A stretch of 64,000 bases of DNA, from contig CBDHDG010000004.1 in the NCBI GenBank assembly GCA_965261595.1, positions 192,001 to 256,000 of the forward strand, given 5' to 3'. Each line of letters begins with the position of its first letter. Within the stretch, counting starts at the first letter, position 1. The position numbers and the translations under genes are program-made. The DNA is from a bacterium (GTDB taxonomy: Bacteria; UBA8248; JACPRG01; G963555815). A model generated the notes under the pieces. The model was not told where the DNA came from. It made no database searches and was given only the letters and a program-made list of their open reading frames with translations. Shown in pieces: positions 51,193-62,398 of the stretch.

Positions 51193-53310
51193 CTACTCCC
51201 GAGAAACGTTCGAGACGATTTTCCGAAAATCCGCGATCTGGGCGAACAGGCCCCCGATGGACGCGAGCAGGCTGAGACGGTTATTCCGCAAATCGGCGTC
51301 CTTCGCCATGACCAGAACGTCGTCGAAGAACTTGTCCACCGCCGGGCGTAGGGAGGCGATCTCCCGAAGGGCCTCCAGATAGTTTTTGTCTTTTAACAAG
51401 GTCTGAATCTTGTGCTCGCGTTCTTTATAGACCGCATAAAGGGCTCTTTCCGCATCCTCGCACAGGAGTATGTCCCGGACTGCTTGGGGAGTTCCTTCCG
51501 GAATAATGTTCATGACTCGCTTGAAAGTTGTAATTAAAGGTTCGAAGTCCTGGTCTCTAGAAATCGTGGCGAGGGCCTTAAGCCGCTTTTTGCTATCCAC
51601 GATGTCTCGGGTTTTCCTCTGGGCTTCCAAAATCGCCCGAATGAGATCAACCCTGAATCCTTCCGTGAGGAAGAGATTCTCCAACCTGGTTACGAAGAAA
51701 TCTAAAGCTAGAACTGCAAGGTCGCCATGTTGGGGCATTCCCAATAGCGGAGCCAGAGGTTTCGCGGCCACATCAATCAATTCGAGAAGATTCAGCCGGT
51801 ACTCGTGTTCGAAAATCGTCCCCAGCACCCCCCTCGCCGCCCGCCTCAGGCCGAAGGGGTCCTCCGAGCCGGAGGGGAGCTTCCCGAGCCCCGCGTACCC
51901 GACGATGGTGTCGAGCTTGTCGGCGATGGCCACGAAGGCCGCCGGTCCGGCCGAGGCGAACCCGTCGTCCGCCCCTCTCGGGCGGTAGTGCTCATCGATG
52001 GCCCGGCAGACGGCCTCCTCCTCCCCGGAGAGCCGGGCGTACTCCCTGCCCATGATCCCCTGGAGCTCCGGAAACTCGTAAATCATCCGGGTTTCAAGGT
52101 CGGCCTTGCAGAGCCACGCGGCCCGGGTCGTTTGCTGAGCCTCGTCCGGCGCGAGTCTTCCGGCCAGCCATCCGGCCAATTCCACGACCCTCTCAACCTT
52201 CTCAAAGGATGTACCGATATCTTTTTGAAATATAACACTTTTAAGTGAATCAACATAGTCCTCAAGCGGCCGCTTGACGTCCTCCCGGTAGAAGTAGGCG
52301 GCATCCGACAACCGGGCGCGCAGGACACGCTCATACCCCTTCCGGATAACGTCCGGGTCTTCCGCGCGGGTATTGCTGACGGCGACAAAATTCGGCAGAA
52401 GGGTCCCCCCCTCTCCCCCTCCCCCCCCCCCCTTTCCGTTGATGACGGAAAAGTAACGCTGGTGATGCTTCATCGTCGTGATCAGGACTTCTCGGGGGAG
52501 CTCCAGGTATTCGGCTTCGATCCGGCCCAGGATGGCGGTCGGGTATTCCACGAGCCCGGCCACCTCTTCCAGCAAGTCGTCATCGGGGAGGATCGCCCCG
52601 CCGGCTTCCCGTGCGGCGGCTTCGGCCAACTGCCGCATGAGGGCCGTCCGCTCTTCCGGATCGACGATCACGAACCGCTCCCGGGCCTCCTCGATATATG
52701 CCTCAAAGCCTTCGACGCCGAACTCCCCAGGCGCCATGAACCTGTGGCCCCGGGACCGATCCCCGCTCGCGACGCCCCCCAGCTCAAACGGGATCACCCG
52801 TCCGCCCAGGATTGCGACGATCCAGTGGATGGGCCGCGCGAACCTGAGATCGCCGTCTCCCCACCGCATGGATTTCCGGAAACCGAGCCCCTTAATCAGC
52901 GCGGGCAATCGCTCCGTGAGAACCTCCGCCGTCGGGCGGCCTTCCTCTTTCCTGATAGCGGAGACGTACTCCCCCTTCTCGGTCTCGACGATTTCGAGCG
53001 ACTCGACAGCGACGCCCTGGCCTTTGGCGAATCCCAAGGCGGCCTTGGAAGGATTGCCCGACTCGTCATACGCCACGCTCTTCGCCGAGCCCATGACGCG
53101 CTCTTCCAAGGATTCCTGCGTTTCGGCCACGTCCGAGACCGCGAGGACCAGACGCCGGGGCGTGCCGAGCGCGCGGACCTCCCCGTGAGCGATCCGGGCT
53201 TCCCCAAAGGTTTTCTTCGCCAGACGGCAAAGATCCTCGAAGGCCCGCCCTAGGAACCCCGAGGGGATCTCCTCCGTACCGATTTCGAGGAATAAATCTT
53301 CAGCGGGCAT
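51193..53310 (-). CDS. glyS: glycyl-tRNA synthetase beta subunit
   Basis: LEIGTEEIP, TPRRL, F.RPIHW, EFPELQG, SGSEDPFGLRR, DALR-type C-terminus. Confidence 0.97.
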   Translation of the reverse strand: MPAEDLFLEIGTEEIPSGFLGRAFEDLCRLAKKTFGEARIAHGEVRALGTPRRLVLAVSDVAETQESLEERVMGSAKSVAYDESGNPSKAALGFAKGQGVAVESLEIVETEKGEYVSAIRKEEGRPTAEVLTERLPALIKGLGFRKSMRWGDGDLRFARPIHWIVAILGGRVIPFELGGVASGDRSRGHRFMAPGEFGVEGFEAYIEEARERFVIVDPEERTALMRQLAEAAAREAGGAILPDDDLLEEVAGLVEYPTAILGRIEAEYLELPREVLITTMKHHQRYFSVINGKGGGGGGEGGTLLPNFVAVSNTRAEDPDVIRKGYERVLRARLSDAAYFYREDVKRPLEDYVDSLKSVIFQKDIGTSFEKVERVVELAGWLAGRLAPDEAQQTTRAAWLCKADLETRMIYEFPELQGIMGREYARLSGEEEAVCRAIDEHYRPRGADDGFASAGPAAFVAIADKLDTIVGYAGLGKLPSGSEDPFGLRRAARGVLGTIFEHEYRLNLLELIDVAAKPLAPLLGMPQHGDLAVLALDFFVTRLENLFLTEGFRVDLIRAILEAQRKTRDIVDSKKRLKALATISRDQDFEPLITTFKRVMNIIPEGTPQAVRDILLCEDAERALYAVYKEREHKIQTLLKDKNYLEALREIASLRPAVDKFFDDVLVMAKDADLRNNRLSLLASIGGLFAQIADFRKIVSNVSRE

Positions 53311-53382
53311 TTGTTGGGCGTCCGGTTCGGTTACGGGTTTTACGGGGGTGAATTTCAGGCAGCGGCGGGCCGCCGCGCGGTC

Positions 53383-54318
53383 TCAGGCGTTCTCAACGAC
53401 CTCATCCGTCCGACTCGACGCGGCCTTCGCCCCCGCGAGCAGCGGGAACCCCATCTTCTCCCGCGCCTCTATATAGGCTTCGGCGCAGCGCCGGGCGATC
53501 TTGCGGATGCGGCCGATGTAGGCCGTCCGCTCGGAGACGCTGATGGCCCCCCGGGCGTCCAGGACGTTGAAGAGGTGCGAGCACTTGAGGCAATGGTCAT
53601 AGGCTGGCAGAACGATCTCGCCCGCCTTGAGGAGCCACAGGGCCTCGGCCTCGTGGAGGTTGAACAACTCCAGGTGCGTTTTCACGTCGGCGGACTCGAA
53701 GTTGTAGACCGAGAACTCGACCTCGCTCCAGTGATGGATGTCGCCGTAGCGGATGCCCGCGGTCCAGACCAGGTCGTAGACGTTCTCCACGCCCTGGAGG
53801 TACATGGCGATGCGTTCCAGGCCGTACGTCAACTCGACCGAGACGGGCTTGAGGTCAACGCCCCCGGCCTGCTGGAAATACGTGAATTGGGTGATCTCCA
53901 TTCCGTCCAGCCAGACCTCCCACCCCAGCCCCCAGGCCCCCAGGGTGGGCGACTCCCAATCGTCCTCGACAAAGCGGATGTCGTGGGCCAGCGGATCGAT
54001 CCCCAGGATGACGAGGCTGTCCAGATAGGTCTGCTGAACCTCCAGGGGGGAGGGTTTCAGGATCACCTGGTATTGGTAATAGTGCTGGAGGCGGTTGGGG
54101 TTTTCGCCGTACCGACCGTCGGTGGGGCGCCGGGAGGGCTCCACATAGGCCGTCTTCCAGGGCTCCGGACCCAGGACGCGCAGGAACGTGGCCGGGTTCA
54201 TCGTCCCCGCGCCGACCTCGATGTCGTAGGGCTGCTGGATCACGCATCCCCGGTCGGCCCAAAACCGCTCGAGCCGAAGGATGACCTCCTGGAACGTGTA
54301 GGCTTTGTCCACTTTCAA
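53383..54318 (-). CDS. glyQ: glycyl-tRNA synthetase alpha subunit
   Basis: [47 protein letters not shown]. Confidence 0.98.
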   Translation of the reverse strand: MKVDKAYTFQEVILRLERFWADRGCVIQQPYDIEVGAGTMNPATFLRVLGPEPWKTAYVEPSRRPTDGRYGENPNRLQHYYQYQVILKPSPLEVQQTYLDSLVILGIDPLAHDIRFVEDDWESPTLGAWGLGWEVWLDGMEITQFTYFQQAGGVDLKPVSVELTYGLERIAMYLQGVENVYDLVWTAGIRYGDIHHWSEVEFSVYNFESADVKTHLELFNLHEAEALWLLKAGEIVLPAYDHCLKCSHLFNVLDARGAISVSERTAYIGRIRKIARRCAEAYIEAREKMGFPLLAGAKAASSRTDEVVENA

Positions 54319-54337
54319 AAATCCAGAGTGTGGTCTT

Positions 54338-55990
54338 TCAGGTCTTCGAGGGGGCCTTCCCGCGCTTTTTCGGTCGAGGCGCCGGTTTCTTCCGGGACCG
54401 GCGGGCGGCCTGGACGGATTTCCCCGCGTTCTTCGCGAGTTTGTACTCGAAGCTGTCCACCAGGGCCTCCCAGGAGGCCTCGATGATGTTGGGCGAGACC
54501 CCTACCGTGGCCCACTTGGATTCGTGATCGCTCGACTCAATCAGGACCCGGGTCGTGGCCTCCGTGGCGGCGGACTCGTTGAGGATCCGCACCTTGTAAT
54601 CGATGAGCTCCGTCTCGGACAGGCCCGGATAGAACTTCTCCAGCGCCTTGCGCAACGCCTTGTTCAAGGCGTCCACCGGACCGTTGCCCTCGGCCGCCGT
54701 GTGCTCGAGAACGCCGTCCACCGAGACCTGGACGGTGGCTTCCGCCCGGGCGGCCGAATTCTCATCCAGCTTTTCCACGGTCACCCGGTAACCGATCAGA
54801 TCGAAGAACTTCCTGCGCTGCCCCTTCGCCCTTCGCATCAAAAGCTCGAACGACCCCTCGGCGGCCTCGAATTGATAGCCCTGGTTCTCCAGCTCCTTGA
54901 GCTCCCGGAGGATTTCCTGCGTCTCGGGGTCGTGGGTGTCCAGGTCGATGCCGAACTCCTTGGCCTTGTACACCACGTTGCCCCGGCCGGAAAGGTCGGA
55001 GACGAGGACGCGCCGGCGGTTCCCCACCACCTCCGGCTCCAGGTGCTCGTAGGTGCGCGGGTCCCGCAGGACGGCCTGGACGTGGACGCCCCCCTTGTGG
55101 GCGAAGGCGCTGTCGCCCACGAACGCCTGGTGGGTGTCCGACCTCCGGTTGGCCAGCTCGTCGATGAAGTGCGACGCCTCCCGGAGCTTGCGGATCCGCG
55201 CCGCCGTCACGCACCGGTATCCCATCTTGAGCTGGAGGTTCGGGATCACGGAGATGAGGTTGGCGTTGCCGCAGCGCTCACCGTAGCCGTTGATGCATCC
55301 CTGGACGTGGATGGCGCCCTGCTCGACGCCGGCCAGGGTGTTGGCCACCGCCAGCTCGGAATCGTTGTGGGTGTGAATCCCGATCGGCGTCGAGACGGTC
55401 CGGCGGGCGGCGGCCGTCCCGGCGACAATCTGACCCGGCAACGACCCGCCGTTCGTGTCGCACAGAACAACGCAGTCGGCCCCCCCCGCCTCGGCGGCGC
55501 GCAGCGTGTCCAGGGCGTATTCCGGGTAAAGCCGGTAACCGTCGAAGAAGTGCTCGGCGTCATAAATCAGCTCATCGCAATGCTTCTTCAGATAGGCCAC
55601 CGAATCCTGGATCAATTCCAGGTTCTTCGGGAGGGTGGTCCGCAGGGCGCGCTGGACGTGAAAATCCCAGGACTTGCCGAAGATGGTGATGACCGGGGTT
55701 TCCGCCCGGACGAGGGCCCGGATGTTGGCGTCCTTCGCGACCCGGTTGCCCGCCCGCCGGGTGCTCCCGAAGGCGGTCAGGCGCGCGTGGCTGAGCCGGA
55801 GCCGCTTCGCGGCCTCGAAGAAATCCATGTCCTTGGGATTCGAGCCCGGCCACCCCCCTTCGATGTAGTCCATCCCCAGATCGTCGAGCTTCTCGGCGAT
55901 GCGGACCTTGTCCTCGACCGAGAAGGCGATTTCCTCCCCCTGGGTCCCGTCGCGAAGGGTGCAATCGTAGAGCGCGATCTGCCGCATCAT
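54338..55990 (-). CDS. cimA: citramalate synthase
   Basis: [46 protein letters not shown]. Confidence 0.92.
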   Translation of the reverse strand: MMRQIALYDCTLRDGTQGEEIAFSVEDKVRIAEKLDDLGMDYIEGGWPGSNPKDMDFFEAAKRLRLSHARLTAFGSTRRAGNRVAKDANIRALVRAETPVITIFGKSWDFHVQRALRTTLPKNLELIQDSVAYLKKHCDELIYDAEHFFDGYRLYPEYALDTLRAAEAGGADCVVLCDTNGGSLPGQIVAGTAAARRTVSTPIGIHTHNDSELAVANTLAGVEQGAIHVQGCINGYGERCGNANLISVIPNLQLKMGYRCVTAARIRKLREASHFIDELANRRSDTHQAFVGDSAFAHKGGVHVQAVLRDPRTYEHLEPEVVGNRRRVLVSDLSGRGNVVYKAKEFGIDLDTHDPETQEILRELKELENQGYQFEAAEGSFELLMRRAKGQRRKFFDLIGYRVTVEKLDENSAARAEATVQVSVDGVLEHTAAEGNGPVDALNKALRKALEKFYPGLSETELIDYKVRILNESAATEATTRVLIESSDHESKWATVGVSPNIIEASWEALVDSFEYKLAKNAGKSVQAARRSRKKPAPRPKKRGKAPSKT

Positions 55991-55997
55991 CCAATCC

Positions 55998-57320
55998 CTA
56001 TGAGGCGCCTTCCGGCCGGCCCTCGGGGCCTCCGTGAGATTCCGCCCCCCCCTCCCCATTCCCGGGCGGCGAGGAGAGCGGGGCTCTCGCCTCGACGCTT
56101 TTCTCGAGCTCGAAAACCTTGTGAAGGGTTTGGACCGCGGATTCGGCGCACTCGGCGTCCACCACGCACGACACCAGAATTTCCGACGTGCTGATCATCA
56201 GGATGTTGGTCCCGATGTCCGCGAGCGATCGGAACATCTTGGCGGCGATACCGGAGTGGCTCCTCATCCCAATCCCGACGATCGAGACCTTGGCGATCCG
56301 GTCGTTCGTCCGGACGGCGCTCGCCCCCAATTCCCGGCGGGTGTTCTCCATGATCCTTTCCGTCAGCGCAAGGGACTCAAGCGGGACGGTGAACGAGATG
56401 TCCGCGGCCCCGTGGGACCCGACGTTCTGAACGATCATGTCCACCACGACGTCCGACTCCGCCAGGTCGCCGAAGAGCTTCCCGGCGATCCCCGGCTGGT
56501 CGTGAATCCCCTCCACGGTCACCTGGGCTTGGTTGCGGTCGCAATTGACGGCCGAAACCACGACCCGCTCCATGCCTTCATCTTCTCGAGTGACCACGGT
56601 CCCTTCCTCATCGGTGAAGGAGGATCGAACCTCGACCTCCACTTCGAATTTCTTGGCGAACTCCACCGATCGGGCCTGGAGCACATTGGCCCCGAGACCC
56701 GCCATTTCGAGCATCTCGTCGTAGGAGACGCGGGGCAGCTTCCGGGCGTCCGAAACGATCCGGGGGTCCGCCGTGAACACCCCGGTGACGTCGGTGAAAA
56801 TTTGACACCGGTCGGCATGCAGCGCGGCGGCCAGGGCGACCGCGGTCAAATCGGACCCGCCCCGGCCCAGGGTCGTCACGTCCCGGTTGTCGTCCACACC
56901 CTGAAAGCCGGCGACGACGGGGATGGCGCCCTTTTCGAGGACGGCCACGATCTCATCGGCCGCGATGGTCCGGATACGCGCCGAGGTGTGGGCGCCCGTC
57001 GTCCGAATTCCGGCGCGCAATCCCGTGAACGACATGCCGGGGTGGCCCCGATCGCTCAGCGCGATGGCCAGGAGCGAGCTCGTGACCCGCTCCCCCGAGG
57101 AGAGCAGGTAGTCCATTTCCCGCTGATTGGGAAATTCGCTCAGCGCGCGGGCCATCGCGACCAGTTTGTCGGTCTCTCCGGCCATGGCCGACACCACAAC
57201 CACGACCCCATGCCCCTCGTCCGCCGTCCGGCCGACGCGCTCGGCCACCTTGCGGATGCGCTCCAGGTCTCCAACCGAGGTGCCGCCGTATTTCTGAACG
57301 AAAAGCGCCAAAATCCCCAC
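55998..57320 (-). CDS. lysC: aspartate kinase
   Basis: [28 protein letters not shown], two ACT domains. Confidence 0.95.
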   Translation of the reverse strand: MGILALFVQKYGGTSVGDLERIRKVAERVGRTADEGHGVVVVVSAMAGETDKLVAMARALSEFPNQREMDYLLSSGERVTSSLLAIALSDRGHPGMSFTGLRAGIRTTGAHTSARIRTIAADEIVAVLEKGAIPVVAGFQGVDDNRDVTTLGRGGSDLTAVALAAALHADRCQIFTDVTGVFTADPRIVSDARKLPRVSYDEMLEMAGLGANVLQARSVEFAKKFEVEVEVRSSFTDEEGTVVTREDEGMERVVVSAVNCDRNQAQVTVEGIHDQPGIAGKLFGDLAESDVVVDMIVQNVGSHGAADISFTVPLESLALTERIMENTRRELGASAVRTNDRIAKVSIVGIGMRSHSGIAAKMFRSLADIGTNILMISTSEILVSCVVDAECAESAVQTLHKVFELEKSVEARAPLSSPPGNGEGGAESHGGPEGRPEGAS

Positions 57321-57420
57321 AACCCCGAAGCGGCGTCATCAAAAATCGGCGCCAATGATACCACAACCGGATTTCCGTCCCGGCGGGAAAAACCCGGCGG
57401 CGGCCGATCCGACGCCCTTC

Positions 57421-58623
57421 TCAGCCGCGTCCCATGAGAAAGGGGATGAGGCCCGCGCCGTCCGGCAAACGAAGGCTTCCCCGGACCAGGAGCCGCTCGT
57501 CATACTCTCCGGGACGGTCCGCCTTGATGCCCGTTCCGCAAACGGCGACCGGAACGGGCGCGGCCGCGTGCTTCGCGTCCACCGGACTGGTCCGGTGATC
57601 CGCCAGAACGGCCAAGCGGTGATCCCCCAAGGTCTTCAGGCGCTCCGCAACGGCCCCGGCCAGGGAATCGAACCGCTCGATGGCCTCGACCTTCCCGGCC
57701 GCGTCCATGCGGTGAGCGGCGCGGTCGCCCGCGTCGCAATGGACGTACGCGACATCCCCGGTCCGGAGATAGTCCGAAACGGCGTCGGCCCAATCATCGG
57801 GGGATGAATCAACCCCGGGGGGCGCCACCACGTCCATCCCGGCCGAAACGGCCAGGCCCCTCAGGACGGCGGCCCGCGAGAGGATTCCGCCCCGGACGCC
57901 CCAACGCTCCCGAAAGGCCCGGGTGCCGGGAACCGGGCCTCCCGCGCCGGACGCCCAGATGCTGTTGACGGCCGTCCGGCCCGAGCGCCTCCGCTCCTCG
58001 TTGCGCGGATGGATATTGAAGAGCATCTGGGCGTTGTTGTAGACCTGGTGGAGCTTCCGGCCGGCCTCCCCTCTCCCTCCCCCTCCCCCGGGCATCGCGT
58101 CCGCGACCTCGGCGCCCAACATCGCGTGGGGAGGCGTCAGCTTGAGATCGGCGCCGTCCCCTTTCCAAAGCATGACCCCCCGGTACTCTCCGACGTGAAC
58201 GAACCGGAACTCATCATCCCCCAGGTCCTTCTCCAGGGTCTCGACGAAGGGAAGCCCCTCGGCGTCGTTTCGGATGTCCGCCGTATGATCCGCGAGGATG
58301 ATCCGCTGATAGTCGGTGAATAAATGGACCAGATTGAACCGCAGGGCCAGTTGATCTTTTTCGGGGGGGATCCCGATTCCGAGCGCCTCCAGGGGTCCCC
58401 GGGCGGAGCCGCCCGGCGGCGCGTCCAGGCCGAGGAGGTTCGCGGCGACCGATTCCGCCACGGGCTCCCATCCGGGCGGGATGGTCCGAATCAGCCCCGT
58501 CCGGCCTTCCGCGGCGACGCGATCCAGGTTCGGGACGTTCGCGGCCTCCAGGGGCGAGCGGTTCTCCAGAAGCTCCAGCGACTCGTCGGCCATTCCGCCT
58601 CCGATCAGGACGACAGATTTCAC
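57421..58623 (-). CDS. ApgM-like cofactor-independent phosphoglycerate mutase homologue (degenerate active site)
   Basis: [40 protein letters not shown]...PVP. Confidence 0.8.
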   Translation of the reverse strand: MKSVVLIGGGMADESLELLENRSPLEAANVPNLDRVAAEGRTGLIRTIPPGWEPVAESVAANLLGLDAPPGGSARGPLEALGIGIPPEKDQLALRFNLVHLFTDYQRIILADHTADIRNDAEGLPFVETLEKDLGDDEFRFVHVGEYRGVMLWKGDGADLKLTPPHAMLGAEVADAMPGGGGGRGEAGRKLHQVYNNAQMLFNIHPRNEERRRSGRTAVNSIWASGAGGPVPGTRAFRERWGVRGGILSRAAVLRGLAVSAGMDVVAPPGVDSSPDDWADAVSDYLRTGDVAYVHCDAGDRAAHRMDAAGKVEAIERFDSLAGAVAERLKTLGDHRLAVLADHRTSPVDAKHAAAPVPVAVCGTGIKADRPGEYDERLLVRGSLRLPDGAGLIPFLMGRG

Positions 58624-59882
58624 CGCGACCCGCCTTCGCCCGCGCCCTTCACCCGATTCCGCCCGCCGGCGGGCTCTCCATCAAGATCCAGGCGGGCCAC
58701 CACGGCATCGACGTCCGCTTCCACCGTGGCCGGTTTTTCGCTCATCCGGATCACGCTGTCCGGGTCCTTCAACCCGTGTCCGGTCAGGGTGCAGACAACC
58801 TCCGCGTCCGGCGGGAGCCTGCCCGCCGCGGCGTCCTTGAGGAGTCCGGCCACCGAAGCCGCCGAGGCCGGCTCGCAGAAGATCCCTTCGACCGAGGCGA
58901 GCAGACGGTAAGCCGCCCGGATCTCCTCATCGGACACCATGTCGATCCGCCCGCCCGATTCCTCGGCGGCGGAAAGGGCCGATTTCCAGCTCGCCGGATT
59001 TCCGATCCGGATGGCCGAAGCGAAGGTCTCCGGGTTTTCCACCACGCGCCCGCGCACGATTGGGGCCGCCCCCTCCGCCTGCCATCCCCGCATCCGCGGA
59101 AGAGCGTCCGTCCATCCCCGCTCATGAAACTTCCGGTATCCCATCCAGTAGGCCGTTATGTTTCCGGCGTTGCCCACCGGGATGTAGTGAAAGTCCGGCG
59201 CCCGTCCGCCGAGCTGCTCGCACACCTCGAAGGCGGCGGTCATCTGCCCCTCCAGCCGGTGCGGGTTGAGGGAGTTGACGAGTGTAATCGGGTGGTCCCG
59301 GCAGACCGCCTTGACGAGGTTCAGCGCGTCGTCGAAGCTTCCCTCGATCTGGATGACCGAGGCGGCGTGGATGATCGCCTGCGTCAGCTTGCCCAGGGCG
59401 ATTTTTCCGCGCGGGATCAGGACAACGGACCGAATCCCCGCCCGGGCGGCGTAGGCGGCCGCGGACGCCGAGGTGTTGCCCGTCGAGGCGCACAAGACCG
59501 CCCGCGCCCCATCCTCGACCGCCTTGGACACGGCAAGGGTCATCCCCCGGTCCTTGAACGATCCGGTCGGGTTCAACCCTTCCAGCTTGAGATGGACCGG
59601 ACGCTCCAGGCCCGCCCGCTCCGCGATGCGGATGGCGGGAACGAGCGGGGTGTTCCCCTCGTTCAGCGTGATGATCGGGGTGGCATCCGTTACGGGGAGA
59701 AATTCGCGGTATCGCCGGATCACGCCCGGCCATGGCCCCTGGGAGGCCACCCCGGCCTGGGAGGCCCCGCCGGCCTGGGAGGACGCCCCGCCCTGGGAGG
59801 CCGCCCCGGCCTGGGAGGCCCCGCCGGAGAGAAGGTCTCGCTTGGGGGCCGCCTCGCCGGGCATGGGGAGATCGGCAGCCAT
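58620..59882 (-). CDS. thrC: threonine synthase
   Basis: [39 protein letters not shown]; start overlaps hom stop (TAATG). Confidence 0.96.
   Translation of the reverse strand: MAADLPMPGEAAPKRDLLSGGASQAGAASQGGASSQAGGASQAGVASQGPWPGVIRRYREFLPVTDATPIITLNEGNTPLVPAIRIAERAGLERPVHLKLEGLNPTGSFKDRGMTLAVSKAVEDGARAVLCASTGNTSASAAAYAARAGIRSVVLIPRGKIALGKLTQAIIHAASVIQIEGSFDDALNLVKAVCRDHPITLVNSLNPHRLEGQMTAAFEVCEQLGGRAPDFHYIPVGNAGNITAYWMGYRKFHERGWTDALPRMRGWQAEGAAPIVRGRVVENPETFASAIRIGNPASWKSALSAAEESGGRIDMVSDEEIRAAYRLLASVEGIFCEPASAASVAGLLKDAAAGRLPPDAEVVCTLTGHGLKDPDSVIRMSEKPATVEADVDAVVARLDLDGEPAGGRNRVKGAGEGGSR
59738..59827. repeat. in-frame VNTR, 5 x 18 bp (CCTGGGAGGccNcNccgg) within the thrC 5' end
   Basis: Five consecutive 18-bp units encoding xGxxSQ hexapeptides. 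Confidence 0.9.
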
Positions 59883-61225
59883 TACATCTGGCCCTCGGCG
59901 GTTTCCACGCGGATGAGCATGGTGGGGGCGCTCACGAACTCCAGCCGGTCGATTTCCGACAGCGCCGCCTGGACGTCCTTCTCGCGGGCCTCGTGGGTCA
60001 TCATGACCAGGGGGACGTGGTCCCTCTCCCCCTCGCGGCGGCCCTTCTGGATAACCGATTCGATGCTGATGGCGTTGCGGCCGAGGACGCCCGAGATGGC
60101 CGATAGGACACCGGGCCGGTCTTCAACGGTGAAACGCAGGTAATAGGACGTGACGATCTCCGAAGACGGCCGGACGGGAATCGGCTTGCGGCCCCGCGGC
60201 GCGTAGGAAAGCGGCGGCACCCTGGCCCCCGCGCCAGCGACGCCCGCCAGCCTCCGGTTGCGGGCGATCTCGATGATGTCCGCCGCCACGGCCGCGCCCG
60301 TCGGCAGCGAGCCCGCCCCCTGTCCGATGAGGACGTTGGCGTCCGACTTGTTCCCTTTGATGTAGATGGCGTTGAAGGCCCCGCCCACCTGGGAGATGAT
60401 TTGGGATTCAGGCAGCATCGTCGGGCAGACCCGGACGTCCAGGCTGTCATCCACGCGCTTCGCCGTGGCCAGGAGCTTGACGCGATAGCCCAGCTCTGCC
60501 GCGAGCTCCAAGTCGACCGGCTCGATAAGCCGAATCCCCTCGATGAGAATGTCTTCCATCCGGACGGGCGTGCCGAAACAAAGGTTCGCCAGAATCGCGA
60601 TCTTGTGGGCCGAATCGATCCCGTCCACGTCGAACGTGGGGTCGGCCTCGGCGAATCCCTTGGCCTGGGCCTCCTTGAGAACGGTCTCGAAATCCAGGCC
60701 CTCTTCGGTCATCTTCGTGAGAATGTAGTTGCCCGTGCCGTTGACAATCCCGAAGACCGTCTCGATCACGTTGGCCGAGAACCCCTCCTTGATCGCGCGG
60801 ATGACCGGGATGGTCCCGCCCACGGCGGCCTCGAATCCAACTTCCAGGCCCATCTCCTCGGCGACGGCGAAGATCTCTTCCCCATGCTGGGCCAGGAGGG
60901 CCTTGTTGGCCGTCACCACGTTTTTCCCCGCCTTGAGCGCCCGGAGGATGAAGGTCTTGGCCGGCTCGTACCCGCCGACCAGCTCCACCACGACATCGAT
61001 TTCCGGGTCGTCCAGCAGGGCGTCCACGTCCTGGGACAGAACACCGTCGGGAACCCGGACGCCCCGGCCCGTGGTCACGTCCAAGTCGGCGATCCGCTTG
61101 AGGGTGACCGCATGGCCGACGCGACGTGCGATCTCCTCGGCGTTGTCCAGCAGGGCGCTGACCAGCCCGGTCCCGACCGTGCCGAAACCGATGATTCCGA
61201 TGTTGAAGACCGATTCTGTTTTCAT
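59882..61225 (-). CDS. hom: homoserine dehydrogenase
   Basis: [35 protein letters not shown]-terminal ACT. Confidence 0.97.
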   Translation of the reverse strand: MKTESVFNIGIIGFGTVGTGLVSALLDNAEEIARRVGHAVTLKRIADLDVTTGRGVRVPDGVLSQDVDALLDDPEIDVVVELVGGYEPAKTFILRALKAGKNVVTANKALLAQHGEEIFAVAEEMGLEVGFEAAVGGTIPVIRAIKEGFSANVIETVFGIVNGTGNYILTKMTEEGLDFETVLKEAQAKGFAEADPTFDVDGIDSAHKIAILANLCFGTPVRMEDILIEGIRLIEPVDLELAAELGYRVKLLATAKRVDDSLDVRVCPTMLPESQIISQVGGAFNAIYIKGNKSDANVLIGQGAGSLPTGAAVAADIIEIARNRRLAGVAGAGARVPPLSYAPRGRKPIPVRPSSEIVTSYYLRFTVEDRPGVLSAISGVLGRNAISIESVIQKGRREGERDHVPLVMMTHEAREKDVQAALSEIDRLEFVSAPTMLIRVETAEGQM

Positions 61226-61300
61226 GCGTTGCCGCCGCCCGTGAATGCGCGCAATCCCCCGCCGTCTTCCACAACGGGGGAACGCTTGTTCCGTTGTTCC

Positions 61301-62263
61301 TTAGATCGGAATGCGAACGTAGGTCCGGTCCGTCCGGGTCTCCGCTGTCCCGTTTTTCCGGCGGGCGTTCCGGAGCTTCGCCTGGATGGCCTCGTATACG
61401 GATTCGGCGTTGAAGGAGCTCCGAACAAAGGGGCCCGAGGAGACGTAATCGAATCCCATCTCGAGCCCTATCCGTTCGTAGTCGGCGAAGTCATCGGGGT
61501 GAACAAACTCTTCGACGGCGAGGTGAGCCGGAGTCGGCTGCAGGTACTGGCCCACGGTCAGGATTCGGCACCCGGCGCCGCGCAGGTCCCGCATCACCCC
61601 GTGCACCTCCTCCTTTTTCTCTCCCAACCCCACCATGATCCCGGACTTGGTGAGGGAAAGCCCCGCGTCGGCCACGAGCCGGAGAAGCTTCAGCGACCAC
61701 AGGTAATCGGCGCCCAGGCGCGCTTTTCGGTAAAGCCGCGGAACCGTCTCGATGTTGTGGTTATAGATGTCCGCATCCGCCCCGATGACCCGCTCGATGG
61801 CACGCTGATTTCCCAAAAAATCCGGCGTAAGGATCTCAACCGACGCGTCGGGCAGCCGCCGGCGCAGCGCGGCAACGGTCTCGACGAACTGGCTCGCCCC
61901 CTTGTCAGGCAGGTCGTCCCGGTCGACAGAGGTGACCACTACGTGTCGCAACCCCATTTGGGCGGCCGCGTCGGCCACGTTTTCCGGCTCCAGCGGGTCG
62001 ACGTCCAAGGGTTTTCCCGTCGCGATCGCGCAAAATCCGCACTTTCTCGTACAGGTGTCGCCCAGAATCATGAACGTCGCCGTCGGCTTGGCCCAGCATT
62101 CAAACAGGTTCGGACACCGGGCCTCCTCGCATACGGTGTGGAGCCGCTTCTTGCGCATCAGCGCCTTGACCCGGTGGGTCTCATCCGAAAAATTGAGCCG
62201 CTTTCTCATCCAAGGCGGAAATCGCGGGGGCAAGTCGCTGTCCTCATCGGAGGCGGGAAACAC
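61301..62263 (-). CDS. lipA: lipoyl synthase (start uncertain)
   Basis: CEEARCPNLFEC, CTRKCGFC, TSVDRDDL, NHNIETV, VRSSF. Confidence 0.95.
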   Translation of the reverse strand: MFPASDEDSDLPPRFPPWMRKRLNFSDETHRVKALMRKKRLHTVCEEARCPNLFECWAKPTATFMILGDTCTRKCGFCAIATGKPLDVDPLEPENVADAAAQMGLRHVVVTSVDRDDLPDKGASQFVETVAALRRRLPDASVEILTPDFLGNQRAIERVIGADADIYNHNIETVPRLYRKARLGADYLWSLKLLRLVADAGLSLTKSGIMVGLGEKKEEVHGVMRDLRGAGCRILTVGQYLQPTPAHLAVEEFVHPDDFADYERIGLEMGFDYVSSGPFVRSSFNAESVYEAIQAKLRNARRKNGTAETRTDRTYVRIPI

Positions 62264-62398
62264 GCACTTTTTCCGGCAAATCGCCGAAACACCGTTGATC
62301 CAATGAATGGTATGCCCCGCCCGTAGGGCTGTCAAGGTCAGAAAATTTTCGGGTGAATCGCCGGCCTCTCGCGCCGATTTCAGCCCCCCGGGCGACCC

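Noticed and set aside
59738..59827. Repeat array as CRISPR
   Set aside because: Units are contiguous 18-mers with no unique spacers, lie in frame within thrC, and no cas genes are present.
40820..62326. Long plus-strand ORFs (e.g. 40820-42850, 46097-47776, 54305-56194, 60401-62326)
   Set aside because: Antisense shadows of well-supported minus-strand genes, expected in high-GC DNA; no motifs.
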